From: Macrostomum lignano
Taxonomy: Eukaryota
Length of the DNA stretch: 64,000 bases
Direction of reading: 5' to 3'
Assembly (NCBI GenBank): GCA_002269645.1
Contig: NIVC01001701.1
Location: 31,899-95,898, forward strand
Position numbers and translations under genes: made by a program. Of the stretch, positions 24,007-42,554 are shown piece by piece (the first letter of the stretch is position 1; every line of letters begins with the position of its first letter). The notes beneath the pieces were generated by a model. That model was not told the DNA's origin. It ran no database searches and saw only the letters and a list, made by a program, of their open reading frames with translations.

Positions 24007-26492
24007 AATGTGAGGGTTTCACGAGAGATATTCAGACAGACATTCGAAACGATCGTCTGTAACTTTAAACAAAATTGACCCGCTTCAACCATCTTTTTGG
24101 CAAATACTTACGCAAGTGTTGGGCGTCGAATAAGCTTTAATTTATTAACTGAAGTAAAAATCCTTCTGACATACATTGATTTAAAAATTGCTTAGCAACA
24201 CTAGCTCTGATTAGAAATCGCTTTAGTGTTGACTAAAATTGTTTTGATCGTAGCAGCCTAAAAGCAGATACTGGATTTAAAAATGCTTCGATTTACTCTA
24301 TACGCATGTCTCAGCTTTAAAATGACACCTCAGGCGTCGCAAAAGACAGCTTTGATGCTGAGATATTCGACACTAAACATGCATTGCTTTGCGCAATCTC
24401 ACATTCAGAAATTTCACTGATTTTTTGTCGATATTTGTGCAGTTGCCGTGTCCTTGTTTTTCATCAGAAACTTGTCAAATTCTAGTCATGTCCAGTTTAA
24501 ACCTGGACTTCTCTTAAACTGTCTTAAGTATTTGATTTTTAATGATTCCTGCCTTTATATTGCATAGATTGTACCTGAGTCAGTGAGTCTGTGAGTGTAC
24601 ATTTGTACATATGGCAACCAATCATGACTTTTTCACCGCTTTGTGGTTCAAATAAATATACGAATGTACGAGAAACATGTTCCAACTGTTATTGAGAGAA
24701 ATTGACGTCGCGTTTATTAACAGTCAGTGGCAATTAATATGAAGCAAATAGTTTATTGTTATGTTTTTACTTTTTTTGCGTGGCAATTCTGCTATCCAAA
24801 TCGGAATGAGGTAAGCGGTGGGAATAAAATAAAAAGGAAGAATTTTTTCTACTGTTGTTGCAACCCAATAGCTATATGTACTTCAAACTTTTTAGATTGA
24901 ACTGGCGATTTCTAATGTACTGCTAAGCTTTCCAATCCCTACGGACTACAGTAGCAGTTCTTAACTTTTTTCTGTCTTGACTTCTAGACTCGGAATTCGG
25001 AACAACCTAAGGAGCCGCATGAAAATATTTAATTGGATAAAGATATTTTCTAAAAACAGCTTAAGTCGTGACACATCTTCTTCTCACCTCAGTCCATCAA
25101 CTGCTGCTCCTTCTGAGACCAAAGCGATCATGAAAGTAAAACAGATCAGTTTAGATCCCATGGCCATGAATACAACCATTTCAATTGTGAACCTGCTTCG
25201 CTTACAAGTACGAGCACTAGCCTTCCATTTGATGCCATTAGCTCACTTAACTCTGAAATAGTTCAAGGACGGTTCCAAATGTTGAGATCTGACGTAGAAG
25301 CAGTCCAATTTGTGGAAATTTATCAACTGGACTCCATGAATCACTCCAATGAAAGGCGGCGAATAGCTGCAGAATGCGTAAACAAGTTTAAGTGAGTCAC
25401 AAAAACCCCATTTACTGTAACTACATACACTTGTACGTTAGCAAGGCTCCATGCGATGGTTAATAAATGGAGAAGTAGACAAGCATCTGAACAAATATTG
25501 AATAAAAATCAGTGAAGTTTCCGAATGTGAGTTTGAGCAAAGCAACGTTTAGTGTAGAATATCTCAGCATCAAAGCTGTCTTTTGCAATGCCTGAGGTGT
25601 CATTTTAAAGCTGAGACATGCGTATAGACATGACTAGAATTTGACAAGATTCTGATGAAAAACAAGGACATGGCAACTGCACAAATATCGACAAAAAATC
25701 AGTGAAATTTCTGAATGTGAGATTGCGCAAAGCAATGCATGTTTAGTGTCGAATATCTCAGCATCAAAGCTGTCTTTTGCGACGCCTGAGGTGTCATTTT
25801 AAAGCTGAGACATGCGTATAGAGTAAATCGAAGCATTTTTAAATCCAGTATCTGCTTTTAGACTGCTACGATCAAAACAATTTTAGTCAACACTAAAGCG
25901 ATTTCTAATCAGAGCTAGTGTTGCTAAGCAATTTTTAAATCAATGTATGTCAGAAGGATTTTTACTTCAGTTAATAAATTAAAGCTTATTCGACGCCCAA
26001 CACTTGCGTAAGTATTTGCCAAAAAGATGGTTGAAGCGGGTCAATTTTGTTTGAAGTTACAGACAATCATTTTGAATGTCTGTCTGAATGGGTCTCCCTA
26101 AAACACGCCCCGCACCGCCCTGCAGCGCTACACATTAAAACAAATTGGACTATAACTAAAGACACTTCAGAATGCGTTTTCTGTTAAGCTTCAAGTTTTT
26201 ATTAAATTTAGTTTTTTTACTTTGAAATATAAAATTCGGTGAACAATAAGTGATATTAATAATAATATTAATAAAATAATAATATTATAATTAAATAATG
26301 AAAACGAGAATATAAAAAATAATAATATTTAAAAAAAAAATAAAGATATTTATTCCATTACTATTTTAACTTTTCCTTGCAATCAAATACTGCATTGACA
26401 AAAAATGTTATAATGTGTAGCAGTTCGGGGCCCGGTGCGGGGCGTGTTTTAGGGAGCCTTTGTCTGAATATCTCTCGTGAAACCCTCACATT
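24007..26492. mobile_element. Long-TIR (about 480 bp) foldback-type element nested in the hAT element
   Basis: 24007-24491 is inverted at 25628-26089 plus 26461-26492. A partial extra arm copy lies at about 25500-25625. I found no clear TSD or transposase ORF. Confidence 0.8.
26090..26460. mobile_element. MULE-like MITE inserted in the right TIR of the foldback element
   Basis: The TIR is ..CTCCCTAAAACACGCCCCGCACC / GGTGCGGGGCGTGTTTTAGGGAG... The 9-bp TSD TGTCTGAAT lies at 26081-26089 and 26461-26469. The interior is AT-rich. Confidence 0.85.
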
Positions 26493-28428
26493 GCTCACAT
26501 TTCAGACAACTGGGAATGTATATTTTAATATCTTACATAAGGCTATAGCTATAGGCTATATCGCCTATATGACTTAATAGGATTTAAAGAGTTATTTTGT
26601 TTCATATTTTAAGGCAGTGCATAAAAAATAGCTTAAGCATGGTTAAGCCTTTAAAGAAAAATGGTTATAAGACCGCACCTAAACCGCACCTACTTTTTTA
26701 ATTTCAGGGTGCGATTTTAAAATTTAGGGTGCATACGCACACTCTGCGCACAAAAAAAAAACCCTGATTTAAAGCAAATTTATTTGCAAAGTATTATTTT
26801 GTATCACAACATTAAAACAAAAATATTTTAGTGGACATTTGAAAATTAGTACTCGTATTTTCTAAGAAATAATAGTTTTTAGTTGTAATTATAGCAAAAT
26901 ATACTAAAAGAATATAAAGTATTATAGAAATGGTGCAATTTGCATTATGAGAATAAATCTCAAAAAGTCATTGTCAAAATCAAAACTTAGACAAAAAATA
27001 AGCCTAGCAATGGCTAGCATGAACTTATATCAATGAATGAATGCAACTAAATCATAAATGTGCTAGGCCTAAGCCAATTAAAATTTAGTCAAAGTAGAAA
27101 AGTTTTTAACCAACTAAGAATTTAAACAATCCTAAGACAAGTTAATTAGACAATTAAGAAGATTGTTCTATAGGCCTACCTAGTCTATAGATTATAATTT
27201 TTGTTAATCTTTAAATTTTTATTTTTAAATATCTTATTTCTATGTATGTTTTATGTTTTATATGGCTTAAGGCATAGTAAAGTAATTTATATAATGTCAG
27301 TTCTATGCCAATAATGCTCTATTTATTTTAATAGCCTTTTTGACTATTCTCTTTCCTCTCTTCTTTTCCCTTTCTTCTTTTTTCTTTCATTTCTTTGCCC
27401 TCTTTTTCTCTCCTCTCTCCCCTCTCCTATTGCAGCCAATGACCATTATTGCAGACAGCATTGTTTAAGTCCTGAATTCTAGAGACTATAATATTTATAC
27501 TAGAATTAAATTTTTAACATAAATATATAAAACTTCTGGCCTCATAAAAGAATCATATAGTTGGTATAAGAGCTATATTAATAAGTAAGAATATCATTAC
27601 TAGTAAGAATATAAAGATTCTAATTATAATTATATATTTAAACAAGTATACCCTAGACTATAGCAATAGGTCTTTAAAAAGAAAGGTACTAGGCCTAATT
27701 AAATGACAATGCTATTGATTAAAGAGTGTGCTCTTTGTATAAAAATATTTTGTTATTAATGTAAAAAAACACATTGACACTTTTTTGCTACCATTGAACA
27801 TTGAAATTAATAAATAGTTGTTTTGCTTAAGTGACCTATAATAAGGCCTCTGTAGATTAATAGAAGCAAACTAAATGCTTCTACCAATGCTCTTAGAACT
27901 TAACTCTGTTGCAGACATTACACTATTATCATTGCAAGGAACCTCGTCTAACCGAATTTACATTAGAATAGCCTATAAGGCTTCTATGAAGACTATAGAG
28001 TATCTTTAAAAAGACAAAAATATATATCAACTTAATAGAATCATTTAAAAAATCCCATCTTGTTTGTTGTGCTAAACCCTGGTGGTATTAATAAGAGTTA
28101 AATTCCTCAATTTACCTTAATTTTTATATTTTAAATTAGGGTTACATAGCATTAGGGTTCATTGTCACCATTCATTGTAAAATTTGTTTTCATCATGCTA
28201 GGCTAGTTATATATTGAGTTTGAAGTACTTATTCATCATAGTTTTCATTAGCTGATAGCTGTGACATTAGTTTGCAGAATTGACATTGAAAATAACATAG
28301 CATGTATTTTTTTACAATTTTAATATTTTTACTTTGGTAATCCTGCATTTGCAGCTGTTTGAGCTGTCCAGCAGTTGCAACTCATCGTCAGATTTGCTCA
28401 GAGATTTCTAATTAACCAAAGCGCTGCA

Positions 28429-31400
28429 ATGTCTGCCATCTCCTTTCCCAATGAGCCGCGGGCGCAGTTCCCCAATGCCAGCCGCGACGAGCAGGAGTAC
28501 ATCAAGTACTTGTGCGGAGTCAAACTGACCGATGCCGGCTCTGTGAGTCTCGCGCTGTCTTGTGGGTTGCTCAACTTGCATTTGGGCTTCTTTGTGATTT
28601 TGATTCGATAGCTGGCAAATATGAATTCAATCGGCTTGCCCTGTTTCTTAATCACTTGTGCAATGAGTCAAATATAGAGGATAAAAAACTTTTCAAAAGA
28701 TACTAGGTTAGGCTTTGTGGGCCACCGCCACAGCGCCAGCCTCCCAGATCCTCAGTTGCTGGGCCAGCCTCCCAGATCCTCAGTTGCTGGGCCAGCCTCC
28801 CAGATCCTCAGTTGCTGGGCCAGCCTCCCAGATCCTCAGTTGCTGGGCCAGCCTCCCAGATCCTCAGTTGCTGGGCCAGCCTCCCAGATCCTCAGTTGCT
28901 GGGCCAGCCTCCCAGATCCTCAGTTGCTGGTCCAGCCTCCCTGATCCTCAGTTGCTGGGCCAGCCTCTCAGATCCTCAGTTGCTGGGCCAGCCTCCCAGA
29001 TCCTCAGTTGCTGGGCCAGCCTCCCAGATCCTCAGTTGCTGGGCCAGCCTCCCAGATCCTGAGTTGCTGGGCCGCTGTCACCCTCTGGGATCTGCTTCAG
29101 ATTGTGGAATTTTAACTTGCAATACAATTAAAGCCAGAAGCGGCACATCTCGCTGACCAGCAGTAGTGCCATAAATTTGGCTGTATGAGGCCTGCCGTGG
29201 CTGTCCGTGTTTCATTGCCAACCGACGCTCCTAGCCGCCATCTCAATCGCCCTCCCCGACCCCCTAGGCTGATGGTAAACCAAAATCCGCCCTCAGTGCG
29301 GAGGTGGCAAAGGCCAGGCAGAAAATTACAGAGAGCCTGGCCATTGCTGTAAGTACAGCTTGCACTTTGCTCCGAGAGCGCCTTAATTCGCCTACAAGTG
29401 TGCATTGAGTCAGTGGCTGCTGTCCCGCGTTTATTGTTACCATTCTGGGTTCTGGGGTCACCTGTTTTCCTATCACTAAGAATGTATTCTGCATGCACGA
29501 TTTCTCTCTGGTTGAATTGTAGTTTCTAGTCCTTGATTGATAGGTAAATCCGGTTCTTGAGTCCTTCAGCTCCCTCCACCCTCAGCCCTTCAGCTCCCTC
29601 CACCCTCAGCCCTTCAGCTCCCTCCACCCTCAGCCCTTCAGCTCCCTCCACCCTCAGCCCTTCAGCTCCCTCCACCCTTAACCCCTCTGCTCCCTCCACC
29701 CTCAGCCCTTCAGCTCCCTCCACCCTCAGTCCTTCAGCTCCCTCCACCCTCAGCCCTTCAGCTCCCTCCACCCTCAGTCCTTCAGCTCCCTCCACCCTCA
29801 GCCCTTCAGCTCCCTCCACCCTCAGCCCTTCAGCTCCCTCCACCCTCAGTCCTTCAGCTCCCTCCACCCTCAGCCCTTCAGCTCCCTCCACCCTCAGTCC
29901 TTCAGCTCCCTCCACCCTCAGCCCTTCAGCTCCCTCCACCCTCAGCCCTTCAGCTCCCTCCACCCTCAGCCCTTCAGCTCCCTCCACCCTCAGTCCTTCA
30001 GCTCCCTCCACCCTCAGCCCTTCAGCTCCCTCCACCCTCAGCCCTTCAGCTCCCTCCACCCTCAGCCCTTCAGCTCCCTCCACCCTCAGTCCTTCAGCTC
30101 CCTCAGCCCTTCAGCTCCCTCCACCCTCAGCCCTTCAGCTCCCTCCACCCTCAGCCCTTCAGCTCCCTCCACCCTCAGCCCTTCAGCTCCCTCCACCCTC
30201 AGTCCTTCAGCTCCCTCCACCCTCAGCCCTTCAGCTCCCTCCACCCTCAGTCCTTCAGCTGCCTGCGCCTTCGGTCCTTCAGTCCTCTACCCTCTGCCCC
30301 ACGGCCCTAGCAGCTTTGCATTGACGTGCCATAATTTACCTCCTCAATACCAATAGCATTTTGCACTGCATTTCACTTTAATTATCACTCCTCACAAAAA
30401 CCAGCAGCGTCTCTCGCATACCTTAAATCTGGTTTTTCGCCATTTTCGGAAATAATAATCTTACTTCAGTTTGTACCGTTGTGATGTTCATTGTTTAAGA
30501 TAATTTTTGTCAAGCCAGTCTACCGGCTCTTACAAAACAAAAAGTGCAGCGCACAGCCTTATTAACGTGTTGTGGAGTGCCTTGTGTTGGATTCATTTAA
30601 CCTAGCGTCTCGACTCTCGACCCTTCTGCGGGGGGAGGGGGGGCACAGGGTCTCATTTTTGGGCTGTGTAATTGTCCTGGGGTCATTCAGGTCATCTTGG
30701 GACTGAATAATAGGCTTGGGACACCCAGCTGCTCGGTAGACCTAGGGTCATTCGGGGTCAGTTCGGGTCACCCAGCTGCTCGGTAGACCTAGGGTCATTC
30801 GGGGTCAGTTTGGGTCACTCAGCTGATCGAAAGGCCCATTGTATTGTTAGCTCGTACTCATCAATAGCCCAATACTAAGTGGAATTTGTGAAAATATTCT
30901 TAATTCAATCAGCTTGCATTCTCTGTGGGCTGCGGTGTTAAGACCGTACCTTATATTTTTTTCTATTTAATCGTGTACTTTACTTTCGTGCTGTCTTTGC
31001 AACAACGTGTCTTGTGTTTGTGGTATAACTATTTATTTTTAGAATGCTTTATTTATACTACTATTATATTTTACTTATTGATAGAATTTTCCTATTGTTT
31101 CCTATGCCTGCTTGCACTTGTATGTAATATTAAATGACTTCTAGTAAACTTTGCGTTGTGCCCTACTTACAGTAGCCGCCTGCAATCAGTTGTGTAGAAA
31201 TTCTGCAATCATTGCTTAATGATGACTTTCCCTGTCTGTGCCAGAGCGCCTCCGGAGACGATGCTCGAATTGCCAAGCTGGAGGCGGACAACAAGAACCT
31301 GCTGAAGAGTGAGTTCGGTTTTGTGACTTCTTCGGTTATTGTATGCTTTGCCTTTCCCCGTTTCCTCAGGCCTCCGCTGCTTCTCCCTTCCCCCGTTCCC

Positions 31401-32702
31401 TCAGGCCTCCGCTGCTTCTCCCTTCCCCCGTTCCCTCAGGCCTCCGCTGCTTCTCCCTTCCCCCGTTCCCTCAGGCCTCCGCTGCTTCTCCCTTCCCCCG
31501 TTCCCTCAGTCTCTATAGCAATACTAATTCCATGTGATGTCTGAGCCAGCAGCAGCTTTGCCCACCCACGCCGCCCCCGCCAGCCGTGGACTGCTTGACC
31601 AGCCGCATCGCTGAGCTGGAGAAAAAGTTCGCCGCCCTCTCCGCCGGCGGCCCGGCCAAACCCGCCGCCCCGCCAGCAGCCGCCAAGCAGAAGAACGGTG
31701 GCGACGACGACGACGTGGACCTGTTTGGTTCCGACGACGAGGAGGCGGACGCCGAGGCCGAGCGGATCAAGCAGGAACGGCTGCAGGCCTACCAGGAGAA
31801 AAAGGTGAGGCTTAGCTTCGCCATTGAGTGCATGCTGTGGGGCTTGCAGTTCGAGACAACCGTTTGTTAATTTGAGTGCCAGACTGGACCTGCTGAGACT
31901 GAGACTAAAGCCATCAGGCTGAGACTAGAGCCCTCAGGCTGAGACTAGAGCCCTCAGGCTGAGACTAGAGCCCTCAGGCTGAGACTAGAGCCCTCAGGCT
32001 GAGACTAGAGCCCTCAAGCTGAGACTAGAGCCACCAGTATGAGATTAGAGACACCAGACTGAGACTAGAGCCTTCAGGCTGAGACTAGAGCCCTCAGGCT
32101 GAGACTAAAGTCACAAGGCTGAGACTAGAGCCCTCAGGCTGAGACTAGAGCCCTCAGGCTGAGACTAGAGCCCTCAGGCTGAGACTAGAGCCCTCAGGCT
32201 GAGACTAGAGCCCTCAGGCTGAGACTAGAGCCCTCAGGTTGAGACTAGAGCCACCAGTCTGAGACTAGAGCCCTCAGGCTGAGACTAAAGTCACAAGGCT
32301 GAGACTAGAGACACCAGACTGAGACTAGAGCCCTCAGGCTGAGACTAAAGTCACAAGGCTGAGACTAGAGCCCTCAGGCTGAGACTAAAGTCACCACCAC
32401 CCCGCCGCCCGCAGTCAAAGAAGCCGGCCCTGGTGGCCAAGAGCAGCATCGTGCTGGACGTGAAGCCGTGGGATGACGAGACTGACATGGCTGAGATGGA
32501 GCGCTGCGTCCGCAGCATCGCAACCGACGGGCTGCTGTGGGGCGCCAGCAAGCTGGTGCCGGTAGGCTACGGCATCAAGAAGCTGCAGATCGGCTGTGTT
32601 GTCGAGGACGACAAAGTCGGCACCGACTTCCTGGAGGAGGAGATCACCAAGTTCGAGGATCTGGTCCAGTCCGTGGACGTGGCGGCCTTCCAGAAGATTT
32701 GA
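28429..32702 (+). CDS. EEF1D: Translation elongation factor 1-delta-like (eEF1B GEF subunit), 4 coding exons, 228 aa
   Basis: Exons are 28429-28542, 31245-31308, 31584-31804 and 32415-32702 (687 nt, phase-compatible). The protein has a leucine zipper [21 protein letters not shown], the acidic [13 protein letters not shown] motif and the GEF domain [18 protein letters not shown]...[13 protein letters not shown]...[10 protein letters not shown]. There is no GST-like N-terminus, favouring delta over beta. Confidence 0.9.
28735..29070 (+). repeat. 28-bp minisatellite CAGTTGCTGGGCCAGCCTCCCAGATCCT (dispersed family, locus 1)
   Basis: Read directly; the same unit occurs at about 46570 and 54500. 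Confidence 0.95.
29545..30260 (+). repeat. 24-bp minisatellite CAGCCCTTCAGCTCCCTCCACCCT
   Basis: Read directly; it lies in EEF1D intron 1. Confidence 0.97.
30723..30825 (+). repeat. 47-bp tandem duplication, about 2 copies
   Basis: ACCCAGCTGCTCGGTAGACCTAGGGTCATTCGGGGTCAGTT starts at 30723 and again at 30770. Confidence 0.85.
31345..31510 (+). repeat. 35-bp minisatellite in EEF1D intron 2
   Basis: Unit CCCCGTTCCCTCAGGCCTCCGCTGCTTCTCCCTTC. Confidence 0.92.
31895..32392 (+). repeat. 20-bp minisatellite GAGACTAGAGCCCTCAGGCT in EEF1D intron 3
   Basis: Read directly. Confidence 0.95.
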
Positions 32703-33978
32703 AGCGGTTCGCACGGCGCCCGACATTATGGGAAATCATTGAGTTGGTGGCTGAGAACTCGGGGGGGGGGGCTGTTAACTCCGATATCAGAATGTGCATC
32801 TTCGCCAGGACCGAGACCGTCCCCCCGCTTTAGTGACTTCAATTTCTGTGCGCGCCCTCCGCCTGTTTTTGTGTCTCTGAACGCTGAGCAGATCACACAG
32901 CGATGCCAACAGACCAGGAGACTGTGAAATCTAAATTTAACAGAAAAAACATTTTTAATCGAATGTGATTTTTAAGAGTTATTTGTCATTTTTCAACAGA
33001 ACTCGAACAACCCGACTGGGCCTACTAGCTGGCATATATAGAGTATATTATTATATCAGTGTACGCTTTTATCAATTGCGGCTTATGAGCCGAGGGGGGT
33101 GGGAAAATAAGAAAAGGATACACGATACGAAATTCCTGAAGAATGCGGCTTACAGGTATAAAGCATTAAGCATGGACTTGACATGGACAGTTAAAGAGAT
33201 CATTTCTTGCTTTGGGTTCCAGTGCATCTGGTTAACTCCACTTGCCGGCATACTAGTATACAAGTGTCCGAGTGCGCCTACGGTACCTGATGTACTTTTA
33301 AAATAACGTTTAGAAATAAACATTGATTGTTCCGTCAGTGGCCAGGCGTCAAATATAATAATATAGTAGTAAAGTCAACAGCGCATAAGAGAATTTAAAA
33401 ATCATGGTCAAATTTGTCCAAGTAAACAGAAAAATACAAGAATAATATGTCAAAATAATAATATATATATATGTGTATAGCGGATAAATACAGCATCTTG
33501 CAGGTGCAGTGGGTCAGCGGCCAGGCATAACTATTGAGTGCTGAGAGCTGCAGCTTGACTTTGTCTAAAATTTCTAATCGATTTACCGACATCTGATAAG
33601 GACCTCTGCTGCTGAACCATATCGCTTTTGTCAGACTAAGTAGTAAGGCGTGGAGTGCACAACATTGTTAAGTACGTGTCTATGACACTATGGGCTCTAA
33701 GTGAGCTTTGGCCATAGACAACTGCACTGCACGGGTTTGAAGTGACCTCGCTAGTGTAAGCGTGAAAATGATACGCGCAGTTGTCTATGGCCAAAACTTG
33801 CATGGATCCAATAGGCATCATAGACTGCCCAAGCAATCGGCTCTGAAGCTAGGTGTAAATCTTCCTTACACTTTGATGGAAGCCACAGAAGATGGAATAT
33901 CTGTAGCTCGGAAGTTTTCTACTTCAAATCGGCCTTCAAAACAACGGCTACTCTTGCTAGTAGAATGCAATTTAATAA

Positions 33979-39290
<5,312 letters not shown>

Positions 39291-40814
39291 GAATAATATT
39301 TATATGGTACGTTCTAAAGCGATCATATGAAAAACGAAGTTGCCAACAAAAAATACTAATATTTGTGCAAACTAAATATGCAAAAATTTGTACACATAGT
39401 GTTACTATGCTATATTAGCTAATGGAAAAAAAATAAATAATGAATTTTGCAATGAATAATTTTATTTTGCAAGGCTTTAAAGTATATAATAGATTTTAGT
39501 AAAATGAAATTATATATTTTAATATTTATTTGTTATACTTATATTTTTGCTACAAATACTAAAACCGGATAAAAGGCGAACTAGATTGGTAAGAATGTTA
39601 GTGTAAAAATTATATAATACTGTAAAAAGTATATACAGTTTTTTTTTAATTTTTAAAAATGCTTCAATCGCAAACTGCATGAAATTGAGTTTGAAAGTTA
39701 TTGGATCATTCATTTTAACCATTTTAAATATTGGACAATCATTAAAACATTTTAAATGGCGAACTTAACGATCATGCAATATGATGTAGATTCCGAGGAA
39801 AACTTCAGACCGATTGACAATAGAAGCAAAACCTTGCCTTCTGCGTGCAATGTCATGCATAGTTGTATACGCACCTAATGTACCATGATTGTTTGGCTCC
39901 AGTACAAATATTTGTGTCAATATTATATCTCAGAACATATCAAATTTGCTCAACATTAACCCGATTTATTTCAAATGCACGTACACGAATACAAATCTAA
40001 GCACAGCTGTACTACTCCTGTTATTACATGTACATGGGCATGTGAATGCAATCATTTATTTTTCTTTCATTTGGAATTATAATGACTATGATGCATATGT
40101 ACACTGTAACTGAAGTTACGAAAATGAAATATAAAATTTGTAAATTGTCATGGCGCAACTCGATATTTAAATTGACTCTTGAAATTATTTAATTATGCAG
40201 TTATTGCTAGCGCGGGAACCTTGAATTTGGACAACTGTTTATGTATGTACATGATGTACGTGTACGTACAAGTAGTTGAGATTCTTGCGCGCATATCTGA
40301 AGTGTTGCAGCGGTATTTATCTATGGATTTAGATATATTTATATACGCGGGTTCTCTTCTTTTCGCGGAGCTCCGGTCTGCACACATTTTTACTAACATG
40401 CTATTGAAAGTTATTCCATTAATACATGTACATTTACGAGTGTATAGGAATGCACAATAATAGCATTTATTTTATTTTTTTCGTTTATTTATAAATAAAT
40501 TTTGCAATACAATATTCAGCGACTTTATCAATTGCATTGGATAATGAAATACATGACAAAAACATCTACAAAGACAAGTTTTCAGGCAGCTTTCAGGTGC
40601 ATGTACGATCGAAGGTGATGGAAATGAAAAGTGCAAATTCTACCGGAGCTGTTACTGGATTGTTCACAACTCAATGACTGCATAAGTGATGCACAAATTC
40701 CACACAGTAATAAAGATCACAATTTAATATGTGCTTCCGCATCGTGGCCAAAAGACGCCCAATGTACAGCACATTCACGCAGGCGCCTGTCACGGTTCTG
40801 CTGGCACCCAGCTC

Positions 40815-42096
40815 TCAGCCGACTTTTGCTCTCCTGTTTCTCTCGCTCGCCCGCCACTCGTACGACAGGGCATCGCGGAGCACCTGGACTGGGCCATCGG
40901 TCCAGTACGCCAGCCAGTAGGTGGCCAGCGGCAGCGCCAGCCAGGCTGCGCCGACAACAAAGACAAAGTCGCTGGCCGTGCTGTCTTTGTTGAACCGGGT
41001 CACCGTGAAGCTGAGATGGACGGTGGTTTGAAAATTGTGTGGCTTACAGAAACTGAATTATGTCCACAGGTTCCAGCGGTGCTACAGGTGGGATTCCAGC
41101 GGTGCTACAGGTGGGATTCCAGCGGTGCTACAGGTGGTGGGATTCCAGCGGTGCTACAGGTGGGATTCCAGCAGTGCTACAGGTGGTGCGGGATTCCAGC
41201 GGTGCTACAGGTGGGGTTCCAGCGGTGCTGCAGGTGGTGGGATTCCAGCAGTGCTACAGGTGGTGCGGGATTCCAGCGGTGCTACAGCAAGGACCACTAG
41301 TAGATAGTACTTAAGTAGTCCGTGTGCTACAGGTGGTGGGATTCCAGCGGTGCTACAGGTGGGGCTCCAGCGGTGCTACAGGTGGCGTTCCAGCGGTGCT
41401 ACAGGTGGGGTTCCAGCGGTGCTACAGGTGGCGTTCCAGCGGTGCTACAGGTGGGGTTCCAGCGGTGCTACAGGTGGGGTTCCAGCGGTGCTGCAGGTGG
41501 GGTTCCAGCGGTGCTACAGGTGGTGGGATTCCAGCGGTGCTACAGGTGGGGCTCCAGCGGTGCTACAGGTGGCGTTCCAGCGGTGCTACAGGTGGGGTTC
41601 CAGCGGTGCTACAGGTGGGGTTCCAGCGGTGCTGCAGGTGGGGTTCCAGCGGTGCTACAGGTGGGGTTCCAGCGGTGCTACAGTTAGGGCTCCAGCGGTG
41701 CTACAGTTGGGTTTCCAGCGGTGCTGCAGGTGGGGCTCCAGCGGTGCTACAGGCGGGGTTCCAGCGGTGCTGCAGGTGGGGTTCCAGCGGTGCTACAGGT
41801 GGGGTTCCAGCGGTGCTGCAGGTGGGGTTCCAGCGGTGCTGCAGGTGGGGTTCCAGCGGTGCTACAGGTGGGGTTCCAGCGGTGCTACAGGTGGGGTTCC
41901 AGCGGTGCTACAGGTGGGGTTCCAGCGGTGCTACAGGTGGGGTTCCAGCGGTGCTACAGGTGGGGTTCCAGCGGTGCTACAGGTGGGGTTCCAGCTCCCA
42001 CATGAGATTAACTCACTCCATAAAATATCCCAGGCAGAGCAGGATGGCGGCAAAGGCACCCACGGCCAGCACCGAGTACTTCAGCGAGTGACTCAT
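40815..42096 (-). CDS. Small two-transmembrane protein, 91 aa, 2 coding exons, unknown family
   Basis: Exon 42096-42017 ends GA|gtgagt and exon 41010-40815 starts ctcag|C. The spliced protein is MSHSLKYSVLAVGAFAAILLCLGYFMDFTVTRFNKDSTASDFVFVVGAAWLALPLATYWLAYWTDGPVQVLRDALSYEWRASERNRRAKVG. Codon usage is GC3-rich like the neighbouring genes. Confidence 0.72.
41070..41996 (+). repeat. 23-bp minisatellite GGGGTTCCAGCGGTGCTACAGGT filling the intron of the small TM gene
   Basis: Read directly. Confidence 0.96.
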
Positions 42097-42554
42097 GGCG
42101 AGCTGCGTATTTACGACGCAGGTATTGCGAGTAGTTTGAGTTCCAATCCTTCTTGACCTGAGTCTTTCTGTTGAGGAATTTTCAGCCTATATCAGTGGTA
42201 AAGCAGCTGTAAGCTTCATCAGTGCCACTTCATCCCCTCCCTGTACACCGGTTGTCACGGTTACCACTGTTCTCTCTGTTTTCATTCCATGAGCATGAGA
42301 ATGAGCACGGGAGAATGTACGGCCGGCTTTGAGGAAATGGGGGAGGGTAGAGAAGTGAGCTCCGTGAGAGCCTCTGCATTGTTTGCCCCTCTTCAACGGG
42401 CTGTTGAGCAATGCCCTGTGCCGCTGCTTTGCCGAGTTGTACAGCATTTCAAGCCATTCTGCCTACTGATAGTAGCAAAGGACTGTTGCTTTTATGTTTG
42501 TTAGGAATTTATGGCTGTGGGTGATCGTCATTCTGGCAGCCGCCTTCAATCGTT

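Larger units (their letters stand above)
23900..26766. mobile_element. Non-autonomous hAT-type element hosting nested insertions
   Basis: The termini are CTGGGTTTTTTTT / AAAAAAAACCCTG. An exact 8-bp TSD ATTTAAAG lies at 23892-23899 and 26767-26774. Confidence 0.8.

Noticed and set aside
40179-40460. 93-aa hydrophobic ORF and its antisense ORF
   Set aside because: The sequence is AT-rich with no splice support or recognisable motif; likely a chance ORF or TE debris.
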